Source: Raillietiella orientalis
Taxonomy: Eukaryota
Length of the DNA: 64,000 nt
NCBI GenBank assembly: GCA_036172245.1
Contig: JAYWIR010000054.1
Span: forward strand, 62,001 to 126,000
Reading direction: 5' to 3'
A program made the translations under genes and the position numbers. Each line of letters starts with the position of its first letter. The first letter of the stretch is position 1. Shown here one piece after another: positions 12,640 to 25,170 of this stretch. A model generated the notes under the pieces. That model was not told the DNA's origin. It did no database searches and saw only the letters and a list, made by a program, of their open reading frames with translations.

Positions 12640-13430
12640 CGGAGGCTACGTGACTGCTGAGGTCTCCGCGCGTGGCACCACCAAGCTTGGTGGTTTTGAA
12701 TACTTCTAAATGAATCGACTCAGTGCGTCGCAGAATCGAGTTCCTCCCGCAAGACGACGTTGGCTGTTCCGCATTCATTCGGGTGCGGCACGGATAGCGG
12801 TTGAAACCAGATGTCCCCGATAAGTGGCCGGAGCAATCGGTGTCGATTTCCGGGTTCGTCCTGGGATCAAGGATTGGGAAGTTCCCCCTCAGATTGTGCT
12901 AAGGAGTGCGGATCCTCCATTTCGGGGATATCCTCCGCGTCGTGCTGATGAAGATGTGTCGCCATGTCTCCAGAGAGTGCAAAGAAGTGTGCCGCTCCCT
13001 TCGGGGATGCCCTTCTGAGAAATATGGGAAGCGTTCCTTCGGGCTTCTCTTCAGAGGAGTAAACAGAAGGAGCACCCATGCAGGGGTTCCTTCCGGAGAA
13101 TGAAAATGGGGCGGATCCTCCGTGGCTCCTCCGGAAAGAATAAAAAAGGAGATTACTCCGCGGACTCCTTCGGAGACAACCATAGTGCAGGTGATCTTCA
13201 TTCCGGGCATACCTCCTCAGGCTTAAGAGGAACGGACTCCGAGCCCTTCCTGGATTCATAAAGCGGTCCCCTCCCGGGCACTCTCTATCTTGAAGAATCA
13301 ACACACTCTCGGGTGGCGTAGAACAGTGTTAAAGAGCTACGTAAGTTGTGTCGCCAGGAGTGTGATGATTCTTGAGGTCCTCAGCAAACCAAAAAAAAGT
13401 TGAAAGGAAAACAGCAAAGACAAAGAAACG
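12640..13430 (-). repeat. Interspersed repeat family copy A (probable retroelement 5' region)
   Basis: Homologous to 18380-19070 and 59990-60480 (shared SSEE(K/N)PEGTLP-like frame; GCTCTTTAA..ACGCCACCCGAG motif shared with the copy at 60330-60365). Confidence 0.65.
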
Positions 13431-13449
13431 AAGGATTGACATCATCCTG

Positions 13450-15680
13450 CGTTCATCAACCACTGCGCTTCCTGGATCTCGGGACGGCGGATCCCTCTCC
13501 CAGGGAAGGATGCGGCGGTTTCTCAGGATTCGCGGGTACCTTCGCACTGTCAAGGTTCATCCTGAACTCAGATGTGAAGTCGATGCCGAATGTCTGGGAC
13601 AACAGAATTGAGAACAAACCGTAAGCCCACGGATCGCTCCCACACTAGCGTTCGCCGTGTCTGGAGGACGCACGTTGGGTCACATCAAGTGTGTCCAGGC
13701 CTTCCTAGGATAGCGCAACGTCTCAGAAAGCAACCTAGTGCTGGAACTCACCGAAGCAAAGACCTCCGACTCGGTGGACCACGGCATGCTAGTGAAAATC
13801 CTTTGCAAGGTGGGCTTTCAAGAAAACGTACCTGCAGCACGCAGGACACGCCCTCGAAGAAGCAAATTTTCGACTCAACATCAACGATCAAAGCTCCGAA
13901 AGCATCAAGAGTTCGACAGGGGGACTACCATGCTCTTCTCCATCTACACTAAAGGAGCATTAAGCCCTCGCTGCCAACGAGGAACACCTCAAGGGTATAA
14001 CCTTGGAAGAGATCGTCACGCATATGGACGACGCCAACGATCTGCTGTTCGTAACGTTCTGCGGTCAGGGTCAACAGGCGCATCCTCGACATCGTCAAGC
14101 GTTGACTCGAACTAAAGCAAATCCGAGCAATCCTTGTCGGCCTGCTGGCAGCAAAAATGCCGGAGATAACCGCCCTCCACCGTTACGTCGGATTCCACGT
14201 CGTAGACAGGGCAAGGTACTTGGGAGCAGCCGTCGGCGGCGAAGACGCGACAGTCGAAATGCAGTGCCAGAAACCATCCTCGCCAAAATGAGGAAGGAGA
14301 TCCACCTGAACGAAATAGTGAACCTCTTCTTCGAAGACGGAAGCGGTTGGAACGGAGTGGTTGCACCGAAGTTTGTCGCTCCGATTCATCTTTCGTAAAA
14401 GTGCCAAAAGTGGCGACCTGAGGACTAGCCCAACGGAACTTGGTCTGGAGGGGAATAAGACCAAAGGTGAAAATCGTACCTATGCCTCCCGAGCTACAAA
14501 GGAGGGCATTAGGTATGCGAGAAAGCTCCCGTGCCGTGAAACTCAAGGACCTGGAGCAGCTGGCCTGATACGTCAGCAAGCAGGACGAATGTAAGCGCGT
14601 GTTGTTCTCAAATTGGTCCATGGAGCCGGCGGCCTGATGTCCGTCATGTCGTTCCAATCCGAAAAATGGAAAGTCGTCAATCCCTCCCGCCCAAGGATGC
14701 AAATCCTCGAGGAGACTTTGAAATTGAAGACCATCTCGACAAATCGACCCGAAAAGCACGAGATTGAGATGAGGAATGAGACAAGAATATCTGGTATAAG
14801 GTGCTCACCAAGGGGAATCCGTTGTTAGCAACTTCCGATGCGAAACGCACCGGGGAAATCACTCACTTGGTACGAGTCCTCGCATACAAAGGATACATGG
14901 AATGGTGGGTAACCCGCAAGTTTCATGTATTCCGCAAGCCTGAGGTAAGCAGTGGTCCAGAGTGAACAATTGAAGACACCAGACGGTGTGACTTCAGTGG
15001 AAGCGACAAGCAAGATACGTGGTGGAACAGCAGTCAACCCGCAGACCATCGGGAGAGTCTGCTAAAGATCCTTGTTACCACTTGACGTACAGGATTGCCT
15101 CCTGATGTTTTATCATGGAGGCATTCCATGCGGTGGTGGTACGGAAATCCCGACGACAGCCAGTGCCCAGCGTGTGGCCCAACCGAGGACGAACCACGTA
15201 TCCGCACCTGCCGCAACCTTGTTCAAGACTGGAAAGTGGCACGGTAAGCCATCGGAAACCAAAATAACAGATCCTGAGAAGGCAGTTTGGGGTGAAGGCG
15301 GTGCGCGCCCAGCTGCGACCCCGCTGTGAAGGCGTTCGTCGCGTATCTTCTGGAGAGCAGCATCGTCAGGAGGACGGAGTTGAAGAAGAGGACATCTGCA
15401 AAGAAAAAGCAACCATCCGTGAGCGCGAAAGAGTGTCCTCCTGCGCTCTTCTGCACCGCTCGACGATTGTGGCATACAAGGCCAGAGTGGCAAAAAGACT
15501 TATCCGCGCGCTTCGTGGAAAAATGGCAAGCGACCCACCGGTCGCCGATGCGAGAAAGTTTACTTGCTCGATTTCGTTGGTTGATACTGTACAACTTATT
15601 CACCCCACCGCAAACCGGACTGGGAAAACAGGAGTGTCCCAAAAGCACCTGCGGCGGCTCCCTCCCCCCTCCTTCCCGTG
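13450..15680 (+). mobile_element. Decayed LINE ORF2 fragment (RT and C-terminal region)
   Basis: AKTSDSVDHGMLVKILCKVGF matches EKVFDSVDHGMLLKILRKMGY at 49535. MLFSIY, THMDDANDLLF (decayed YADD) and RYLG follow in order. Confidence 0.75.
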
Positions 15681-15879
15681 ATCGTTGTCGGCATTACTGA
15701 GTGCATGCCGCCACGGAACGAGTCCCCTGTCGCAGCAGGCGAATCCAAGAGGAAAAGGCAGAAAGATGAAGATGCAAACGTCCTCCTCTCCTCCCGAATG
15801 CGAAGGCATGGCTGTGGGTTTGAACTGGACACAAAATGCTGTGGCTGGTACCCGTTGCGCCACTCCGCAGTCGCGGCGC

Positions 15880-16658
15880 GGTGGGGAGCGCAATGCCTCC
15901 AAGAAGCCGAGTGGGTGCGCAAATTTTGCATTCGCTCCCGTGACGGACCGATCGTGCGAGCGGCGGAGTGGTCCGATGCAGCCACCACGGCGGCCCCACC
16001 ACCACCTGGCGTCACCGCCAGCATTCCCACGAATATGTCGCGAGCCACCGAACGAGCCGTCTGACATAACGCACCTTCAGTGCTCCGCACAGTTTCCGCG
16101 GGCAACGTGCGATATCCCCACCGGGCATCGCCTCGCATTCGCTCTTTTGCCTTATAAGGACGGCCGCGTGGAGCTGACGGCGGTAAAACGTTGCTGTGCG
16201 GTGAAGCCTCTGGAGGTTGACCAACTTGCTTTCTGCAGACAGTTCGAAAAAAAGATGTTCGCACAAGAAATCAAGGAAACCTCGGGAACCGCAGGTTCGA
16301 ATCAGCTGAGTCCGCGGCAGAACCTCCATCCGTCACCACGTGATGTTCCAGAAAAAGATCAACGAGAAGCGGTCCAGGTTACCCATGCAGGAAGGACTTG
16401 GAATGATGGCATTTGTGCGACACCTGCAGTGCAACTTCAATTGGCTATCATCAGAGGGGATCTGGAGGCTGTAAAGGTGCTTCTGAAGAAAGGGACCGAC
16501 ACTTCGGCTCGGAATGAGCATGGGAGCACTGCGCTGCACCTCGCTGTTATGTACACGAAGAACTGGATCATAAAAATGCTTCTAAACCGCGACGCAGACG
16601 TGAATGCGACGGATGCGAATGGCATGGCACCCCTGCATATTGCTGCTCACAAAGGATC
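15880..16658 (+). repeat. Near-identical direct duplication of 62038-62816
   Basis: Constant offset of 46158. About 5 mismatches seen by eye in 779 bp. Confidence 0.95.
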
Positions 16659-17979
16659 GCTCCCTATCGTCTTCGAACTCCTAAATCGTCGCGCAGACGT
16701 GAACTGTGGAATACTCAAAAGGGCTTGCAAACTAAGAAGCTGGGTGCCTCCGAATGGGAGGCGCTCACCTTTTTTGGAGCATTGTAAACCCTACTGTTCT
16801 GGCCAGGAAACCCACGCGACAGATTTTCCTCATCCTGTTACTCGGAGAAAAGCACCTTATTTTCCTTACTCAAACGGAACAACTGCACTCCACATCGTTT
16901 CCCATAGAAAACTTCACGCATTGGCAAAGCTCCTGTTGAGCTACGGGGCGGACGTGAACGCGAAGGACGAAGAAAAACATACTCCTCTCTTGCTGGCAGT
17001 CCGCTTTCGAGACAGCATATTGGTGGGAATGTTCTTGAATCAGAAGGCCGACGTAAACGTTCTGACCGATTCCAGCGAAACGGCTCTTCACCTCGCTTGC
17101 GCGCAATTAAATGACGAAGTGAGAGCTGTTGTTCGCAACCCCTCTTACGAACCCGAGCTTTTTAGCGTGTACCCTTCGGATGCTGTAGTTGAGGAGCTTC
17201 TTTCGGATCCCAGGATCGATGTCGACATCAGGGATCCTTTCGGCAGAACAGCACTACATCGTGCTTGCGAGCAGCTAAGAGACCAGTCGGTCATCGATTT
17301 CCTCCGTAACAAGAAGGGCATTACACCACAGGCCAAGAAGAAAGCTATGTCTATCATATTCGAATCCGGGAGTGGGAATCTTGCAACTGTGAAGCTCCTC
17401 TTGAAACACAAGGCTGATGTGAATGCTGAGGACCTTCGTGGAAACACGCCGCTTCACAGGGCTTGCCTATTTGCCAACAAGGCAGTCGTTCTCACTCTTC
17501 TCCAACGTGGAGCAGATATGAACGCGGTGAACGACAAAGGCGAAACACCAGTGGACGTGGCTATCATAGCCCTCGGAAACCATGGTTTCATGAAGTCCCC
17601 TTCGTTTAACAATCCTATAAGGTGTGAATTCCCCATAGTGGCAGCCATGGTTGTCCTGGAGCACATGATGGAGTTTACGCATTTTCATCAGTATATGATC
17701 CGAGATAAGAACAGCTTCTCCTCTCGGAGCTGGGGTGTCAGAAAGCGTTCGGAGCAGTTTTTGGATGAATGCAAGAAGGAAATTGAGCAAATGAAGGATA
17801 AAAAGATCCCCGGGCTCGTTTGGCTCTACCACGCTTGCTACAAAAGGCATCAAAAGCTGGCTACGTACACGACAAACTCTGAGCTGCTCCAACTCATCCA
17901 ATCGAAAGAGTTCGAAAATCAGTTTCCACTATACGCCTTTATGCTCAGAAATCAATTCGATTGCGCGGAGGAGGTGTGA
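16255..17979 (+). CDS. Ankyrin-repeat protein with C-terminal PRANC-like domain (intronless CDS; F-box tail out of frame)
   Basis: About 8 ankyrin repeats (GSTALHLA, GMAPLHIA, GTTALH, HTPLLLA, GRTALHRA, GNTPLHRA). C-terminal FLDECKKEIEQMKDKKI...LATY...EFENQFPLYAFMLRNQF. The ORF is open from 15685; ATG 16255 is chosen as the probable start, just after a TTCTGCAG acceptor-like site. Confidence 0.85.
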   Translation: MFAQEIKETSGTAGSNQLSPRQNLHPSPRDVPEKDQREAVQVTHAGRTWNDGICATPAVQLQLAIIRGDLEAVKVLLKKGTDTSARNEHGSTALHLAVMYTKNWIIKMLLNRDADVNATDANGMAPLHIAAHKGSLPIVFELLNRRADVNCGILKRACKLRSWVPPNGRRSPFLEHCKPYCSGQETHATDFPHPVTRRKAPYFPYSNGTTALHIVSHRKLHALAKLLLSYGADVNAKDEEKHTPLLLAVRFRDSILVGMFLNQKADVNVLTDSSETALHLACAQLNDEVRAVVRNPSYEPELFSVYPSDAVVEELLSDPRIDVDIRDPFGRTALHRACEQLRDQSVIDFLRNKKGITPQAKKKAMSIIFESGSGNLATVKLLLKHKADVNAEDLRGNTPLHRACLFANKAVVLTLLQRGADMNAVNDKGETPVDVAIIALGNHGFMKSPSFNNPIRCEFPIVAAMVVLEHMMEFTHFHQYMIRDKNSFSSRSWGVRKRSEQFLDECKKEIEQMKDKKIPGLVWLYHACYKRHQKLATYTTNSELLQLIQSKEFENQFPLYAFMLRNQFDCAEEV

Positions 17980-18127
17980 AAATCTCTGCATGGTTCCTTT
18001 TCCAATTCCACCATCTGCTCGATCTTACGAACAGATGTTGATGAAACCTCCAGGGATGACGAGAACTTGCTAAACTTTGAAGAATCTCTCACAGATCGAT
18101 CAGATCTGGGATGAACTGGAGGGAAAC

Positions 18128-18169
18128 GTCCCGTGAGGACTGTCCCGTGAGGACTGTCCCTTGAGAACT
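18128..18169 (+). repeat. 14-bp tandem repeat, 3 copies
   Basis: GTCCCGTGAGGACT x2 plus GTCCCTTGAGAACT. Confidence 0.85.
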
Positions 18170-18379
18170 GCTGCTTTGTTTGAAAAGCGAACATGGCAAA
18201 ACGAGAAGCCATGTTGCACTTCACGGAAGGATGTTGTCTTCTTGATTTCGAATCAAGCAGATTTTCTTGTTTGCGCTTGAGAGGACCATCACCATCAGAG
18301 CAGGAGAGCAGAAGATCGTCACCGATCCAGGAGAGTTTTCTCGGAATAGGACACTGACCGGTGCACACGCAGCCCGCTT

Positions 18380-19070
18380 AGGAGGCCATGTGGTTACGGT
18401 GGTCTCCGCTCTTGGCGCCTTGCGTCGCGGGTTCGAATACTTCGGCAGAAACTCTGACGCCACTGCGTCGTTGGGTTCCCGAGTTTCTCCTGCAATGGCG
18501 CTGGTTGTCCTAATCATTCGGGCGTGGCACCGGTGATCGTTTAATCCGGGAGGCCCATAATGAGAGCCGGAACAATGGGACTTGACCTTCTGGTCCTCCC
18601 AGGAATAAAGGAGTGGGGAGTTCCCCCTCCGGTCGTGCAACGGAGAGCGGACCCCCCCACCGCGGACCCCTCCGGTTTCAAGATGGAGCAGGAACCCTCA
18701 CGGGAACCTCTCCAGTTGTTCAAAGGAGCGGACCCCCCCTGTTGCGAGGGTCCCTCCGAGTCGTCGCCTCTTCACGGAGTGCACAAGGAAACAAGCGAGA
18801 GCGATTCCCTGCGGGAAGCTGCAGCGCCCCTTCTGAGTTTCGGAAGCGTTCCTTCGGGGTTCTCTTCAGAGGAGTGAACAGGAGCGGTTCCCTTGCGGGT
18901 TCCCTCCGGAGAAGAAATTCCTACTAGCGGATCCTTTCCGGATTCCCTTTGGAGAAGTTGAAATGGCGTGGACCATCCCCCTTCCGGGGTGATCCCTCTG
19001 GAGGGGATGAGGAAGGAGATTCCCTTCGGAGACAACCAGTTGAGTTCAGGGAATGACCTGCAGACGTCAT
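18380..19070 (-). repeat. Interspersed repeat family copy B
   Basis: Colinear similarity with 12650-13200. Confidence 0.65.
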
Positions 19071-19079
19071 CCCAGGAAA

Positions 19080-19950
19080 CCATCACTTTTTTGTCAGCAT
19101 TGGACACGCTTTCACAGCTCCATGCCTTCTGCTACGAGAAACCAAGGGTATTCATCAAAAAGGCTTCAACGCTGATCTTCGTGCCCTTTGAGGAAATAAA
19201 GTTCGCTAAACCTCTTGCTTTCTCATCCCTTCTGACTGTGATGAATGCTCCGTCGCCGTTTCCGAATGGGCAGGCAATGGGCAAAACATCCTATCCTTCT
19301 TTTGCAGCACCAATACGACCGCAACTGGAATCCACTTCCGGTACATGTTGATTCGCGGAGACTGTCCTCGATCCAGCAGGCGAGGTGACACCTGTTTCAA
19401 TCTCTCAACGATTGCTCGATGTCTAACATAGAATAAGAATTAGTACCTCATGCAATGATTGAATACACGTTTCCTCCCAAGTACCACACCTTCGACACAT
19501 CCTGTCGGCTTCTGATCTTCGTTTAACACCTCGTGTTGGCAGAACGTTGATGAAGTCTTGCAGCATTGATGGAGCAATAGTCGACAAATCTCATGTAGTC
19601 CTCCTGATGTTAAGAAGTCGCTGCAGGCTTGGTGGAGTCCCACTCAGCTCCTGGCTTTCCTTTGATTTTCTGTAAGGGAAAACCGGGCAGATTCGTGCTG
19701 AGCAGCTCGCAATTTTGAGGCACTCACTTACCTCACTAACGGTTCCAGAACACTCGGTCCTCCACCACCGTCACCTTTGGCGAGTCATCAACTCCCGCGT
19801 CGCTGACAAAACGTTTCGAAGCTTGTCTTACCACTGTCCACATACTTTGCTAATCTCCACTCACTCGAGCCATGTCTCCCGTTGAAAATCTTCCGTTGAC
19901 CTCATGAGTTGGTGGTTCAACTCTCTCCTGATGCACCACCCGCTGGAAGA
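19080..19950 (-). mobile_element. Utopia/NeSL-like RLE-type non-LTR retrotransposon, 3' remnant
   Basis: Across frameshifts: NQRKA...SDFLTSG/DYMRFVDYCSINAARL/NVLPTRG...CRRCGTWEET...YVRHRAIVERL...ACPFGNGDGAF...VEAFLMNTLG, i.e. the zinc knuckle plus restriction-like endonuclease. Confidence 0.7.
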
Positions 19951-20599
19951 GAATCTTTGACCAGATGGTTCGCGATGACGTCTGGCGACGTCATGAGCTT
20001 GGAGCAGCTGCCCAAGGTGAAGGTGTCTGCTTCTTCAAAGAGCTGCGTCGTTCCCATTTGAAGATCACCATGATCTTAGCCACAAGGCTAACTGATCAAA
20101 GCGCATACAGAAGACGTGAACTCTCTCAGAACCAAACAGCCCCAGTGCGAAGGTGATGCTGCCATCACGCGGCGAGAGGAGAAGCCCTCGGAAACTGTTG
20201 GGATTCGTCCATCGGAAGAGTCCGTCCCGCCTGGTTCCACTCAGACTCCGATCGTGGTCAATTCTCTACGCATGGCGGTTGAAGTTCCTGCCAAAGTTGT
20301 GTGCAATTGATTCTAGTGCGATGGATCCTCCATCTGCTCCCTAGTGCCCACGTCCTTTTGCTGACCATTCCAGCCCTTTCGGCAATGCGCCAAACAAGAG
20401 GCGACGTCTCTCTTGCGCCAGGTTTTTACTCAAAGACGCCGGGACTTTCATTTAGAAAAACAAACTACAAGTTAGACGGGAAAAGACCCCTTGAAAGCCG
20501 AAAAATGCCAAAAAAGAAAAAGTTCATCCAGGGTTTCTATCGGCACAAGGTCGCTTCCTAAGATTAGGGAACAGAATGAAGGGGCAATAACCCAATGAA

Positions 20600-23020
20600 A
20601 TTAAAAAAGAAGGGAGGGATCGGGACCAAGAGTTTTTGGTTGAAAAGCTTCCATTCTTTCTCGAAGAGTCTCTGTTCAGCGGTGATCTCCCTGGCTACTC
20701 GTGGCAGACGAGGTAACCTTGCTGCTGTCCTCAAGAGGGCTGCTCCTATGCTGATGACCTCCCTTCAACGCGAACCAGACTCCAGCACGTGGCAGACTAT
20801 CATGGCGCGAATGCAGCATTCGTCGCAAAATCACAGCGCTCTTCTTCAGCCCGCCTCCGCTAAAGAAGCGTCGCAGGCAGTCCGAGGCGGCGTCTTGTGC
20901 TTGTCGGAGCGGCTGAGCGAGTCTCCGCCGCAAGTCCTCCAGGGCACCGCAGTCCAGCAGAAGGCGCGGGAGCGATTCCATCTTCCCCCTTCTGGAACAC
21001 TTCCGGGAGGCAACTGCCCCGAAATCCGGGTGTCTGCACCGGAATTTTCAATGCAGAAACAGCAGAACATTCTCTTCCCACCGTAGCGGTGACACGGAGC
21101 TGCACAAACACAGGGGAGGGACCACGAGTTCTTCGACGGTGGCACACCGAGGAGAACCAGCAGTGGAACTCCCATCTCATCGGTTGGTCGCTGTCATCAT
21201 TTGCCCTGATGGCACACAGAGCTGCAGCAAGGGGTGGGACGGCTAACCCGGACGACTGCGTTTAATCCTGCTGAAGATCTTCTAGCGGTTTGCGTAGGGG
21301 ATACACAGTTCCTCCATGCGCACTTCCAAAGAGGTGACCGAGGACTGCAGCGTCTCCTGCCACCAGGCGCCAGGTGTGTCGAGAAGGCAGGAGGACTGGA
21401 CTGCACTTTTCCGTCAGTCTTCTCAGCATTCACGTGCTACTGTTCACCTGCTGCCTTTCTTCTTGCGCCTCTTCTGCTTCACCAAGCTGAGCATCGCAAC
21501 ACCTTCTCTGGTGAATCTTGTGAGCAAACCACTTGACGAACTCCGGAAAGGGTTTACATGGGTGTTGGTTTTTTTTTGTTTTTCCTCTCGGAATGAAAAC
21601 TTTCTGCGTCATCGGCTGGAGAGCTCTGGCTGCTCGCGTCGCGCAACGGACTGCATCGGTGCATTCGCTCGTTTGGTCCATCGGAGCAGGTTCTATCTAG
21701 CTCTCGCGCACGCGTTATCAAGAGAGCCTCTCACCCTTCATAAGAGCGCACCATCGTGTCCGATCTCTTCCAAAGAAACTTGCCAAAGGTCAAGTACAGT
21801 GGCACCTTGGTACTCGACAGCTTTGGAACTCATCGAGTTCCAAAGCTGTACTCGTCGCGTTTTGTCGAGAAAGAAATGTTTCGACACTTTGCGCATGTTC
21901 GGAACTCGACACCTCGTTCTCATCATGGAGCAAGTGAACGCTTTCGTCCCATGGTAGCTCGCGAACAGAGCCGAATACTTCCACAGAGTGCCTCCTCAAT
22001 CCGTTTCCTTCTTTCTGAGCTTTCTGTGCATTTCGAGCGTTAATCATGGATCCGCAAATGGTTGAGAAATGATGCCACGAAGCCTGGAAAACAACTCGTT
22101 CGGTACTCCTCGGTTTCGGCAATCGTCACGAGTTCCGGAACAAATTACCGACGAGTAAGGAGGTGCGGCTGCACCTTTTTACAGACATTGGAAAACCTAA
22201 TTCTCGATTCTGGAAAAGCAGCTCGTTTTATTTTGTGACGCGGAAGTCAGCTGTGGCACGGAAACTACGGACCGGAAAACCTGCGGAAGTCAGCTGGAAG
22301 GGGGTACGCCTCAGGAATTCCTCCTCGTGATTATAACCACTCCTTCCCGCGGAAGAGGAAACGGTTCCATTTTCACAACCACGAAGGGCTCCCTGATTCC
22401 TGTTAAGTACTCTGGAGGGAAGACGGTTTCCACACGTGCCGTACCCGAAGCCCACCGGCCAACCAGAGTCATCTTGCGGGGAAACCCCCAGTGGGCGGAA
22501 GAGAAGAGTCGCGTAACTCACGACGCACCCCCTTTTCTCGGCGTCGATCCTCCACGCCGGCATGTGGAAGCCACAGCGCTCAGTGCCACTCGCATACACA
22601 ATAGCCACACGACCGCCAACGCGGGCATTCGGGCGTGGCACAAGCTGCTTGAGATTTCCGTCGCTAGTCCGGAGCACCCGAAATTATCCGAATCTTGAGC
22701 GATCGATCAGTGCACCCATGATGGTTTCTCATCCTCTTTCGTCTTCATCTTTTACACATTTCTTCACCTCGCCGGACACTCCGCTGTCCACGTCCAACTG
22801 CATCGACATTCGCGCTCGGGGAACGAGAAGACGGAAACGACTTCGGATGCTTGACGAACTTCGCGTCACTTTGCCTGTGGTCGAATGTTCGAGGCGAAGT
22901 CCGGGCGTGGTCCTTCGACTTTGTTGGTGGTTCGAAAGGCGCTTCTGTAGCGTCCGAGTTTCGGCAGACGCCCACAACTTCTTCCAACCATTTTCCATTT
23001 GTTTGTTTGTCTTTTTTTCT
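20600..23020 (-). mobile_element. Decayed L1/Tx1-like ORF2
   Basis: IDAEK..V and TGIRE (RT relics), RVQLWNSM (post-RT), and C-terminal LLLDCGALEDLRRRLA...CLRRFF homologous to 4780-5000. Confidence 0.6.
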
Positions 23021-23899
23021 CTGTAAGCATGTGGCAAATAGAACCAGAGCATGCGCAAGCTGAGGAGTTTCGAATTCTTTGCACCTTTCCTCCGTTCCAT
23101 CAGCAAAGAAAGAATCAGAATGCAACCAACCATAACAAGACCACGACGTCAGCAGACGCCATCTTTGTTTCCAGAGGTTTCGCCGAAGCTGCGCGCACGC
23201 ACGATGACCTCATCACGCGCCAGAGGCACGAGCCGCTCGGAATGGGCGACCCTGCACGTTGCCGAACGTGCGACATGTTGTTCCCATTGTTTCCTTAAAA
23301 AGAGGAGCTCCCTGGATTTCACCAGCAAAGATGCGGCATCTTAATCAGACGAACAGCGAAATTGGAGAAGACGATGCTTCCTAGCAACCGGAAAGATGCG
23401 GAATGACTACTCTGCTCTCTGCTCACGGGAGAGTCAACCCATTTGCGCCCCTACTAATGCTTTTATTACTTTCCTGTGGTGTCCGGTGTTATGATGCTTT
23501 CCACGAACACCGTCGCGCCATGTACGTTGAATTACCGTCAAGTGACACGCAGGTGCATGCTGGCGCTTTCCCATTGCCAGTAAGCGGAAGGAGCCTCTCC
23601 CATCTGCGACTTCCGGTATATCCACAAGGTTACGACTTATCTAACCCTACATCAGAGCGGCGGGTGATTTGTACTCAGTGATTGCTACATTGACTCTGCT
23701 CATCTCAAACAAATTTACAATTAAATCGAAGGCGAAGGAAGCTACCGCGAGAAGCCGATGTGATGAGAGGTCCTAAGAGTAGGTGTTCCGGAAACTCCAC
23801 GGGATATTCTACTGCAGTCCGAGTCGGCACCTCGTTCCTAGGAGAGCTACGTCCCCAAACTTGTTTGAGGTGATCTTTAGGATCTGAGGCGAAGGCTGC

Positions 23900-25170
23900 C
23901 TCCGGTGCCATTGCATCCCGATGACACCGCCATGGACTTGCTGAGGCCATTCTTCGAGCATCAGTGCCATCAGGTGATCTCAAGGCTATGCAGCATCCCT
24001 TACATCGACACATCCCTCCATTGGCTAGAGTCTCGGACGCGGCGAAGGAAGGCCGCCCGCGTGAGGACAGCTGCGAGGTGGACTCGCCTGGAAGAGGAAT
24101 TCGAGTCGGAGATCTCCGGCGTTCCGCGCCGGTACTGAGTGAAAAGGAGCGCATACTACCAAAGTCCCCTGTCCTCATCCTCCCTTCCTTTATTTAGTTA
24201 CTGTTCCCTCCCGTTTCGGACTGATCCAGCGCCAACTTGCGTGTCGGTGAACCTTTCTCTTGGAATTTGTTCTCTTGTTTTCGTTTGGGGAACCCGGTTC
24301 CCCACATGTTCCTTTCTTCATGGCAAATAAACCCATTCGGCGTGACCTAGTGGAAAACTGCTGCTTTCGAGTAAGAATGAAGAGCCGCACTTCTGGGTAT
24401 CAAAGCACGGTTGCACTTGGCACTCCTGAGCATCGTTGCATGAGTAGGAAAAGGGGTGGTACGAGCGACCCCTGTATAGCAGTGTGAAGAGTCCATGCAT
24501 TTCCCCTGTAGGCCAGGAAAGCGGATGTTGCTTGAGACCGTGGTCTCTCCACCTCTGTTCTTATGACTGCGGGGCTCCATACCGCGTGGGTCGCAGTGTG
24601 GCCACCGGACTTTGTTCATCATTGCGACGTGAGGAGTTGGGCGTTTCATGGCCGGCACCAGAAGATGCAAAGGGCCCCTCGGAACTGTCCCGGGTTCATG
24701 TTCTCAGAGGATGGGTCGGTTTCTATTTAAGGGTAGCTGCGTCGATTGCCCTCACGTTCTCTCTCCGGTCTTCGCGAGATGTTGAAACGTGCGCGGTCGT
24801 AATATTTGGGGATTCGACGGCCCTCTTTTTTTTCTTGTAAGGGGTAGGGATCCTTGGAAGAGCATGAGCTACCCTCGCAAACGCTTCTAACACACATCAT
24901 TCTTCGCGCTCAGAGGACTCTCGTCAGGCGCCCTCAACCAGATGTCGCATCCACTCCGTCGTCACAGCCCGCCATCTGCTAGTCTCGGGCGCGGCCTAGG
25001 AAGGCCAATCGCGTGGCAGTCGGTCTCCACGTGGATGGCTGCGAGGTGGTCTCACCCGGAAAAGGAAGTCAAGTCGGAGGTCGCCCTCGTTCTGAGCCGG
25101 TACTGAGCAAAAAGGAGCGGATACTACCGATGACCTGGAGAACCTCACCTTTCCTTGCTTTATTTTATGA
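23900..25170 (+). mobile_element. Two 5'-truncated LINE 3'-end fragments (~23900-24220 and ~24860-25170)
   Basis: Mutually similar (GCTGCGAGGTGG...GCCGGTACTGAG.AAAAGGAGCG.ATACTACC). DTAMDLLRPFF resembles DTALDVLRRLF. Confidence 0.6.

Noticed and set aside
15685..16254. 190-aa N-terminal extension of the ankyrin ORF
   Set aside because: It is not protein-like, is not conserved as a full extension in the second copy, and contains TATA-like and acceptor-like signals. It is more likely promoter, UTR or intron.
16290..16310. GGTTCGAATC tRNA T-loop / B-box
   Set aside because: No cloverleaf or A-box; lies inside the ankyrin CDS.
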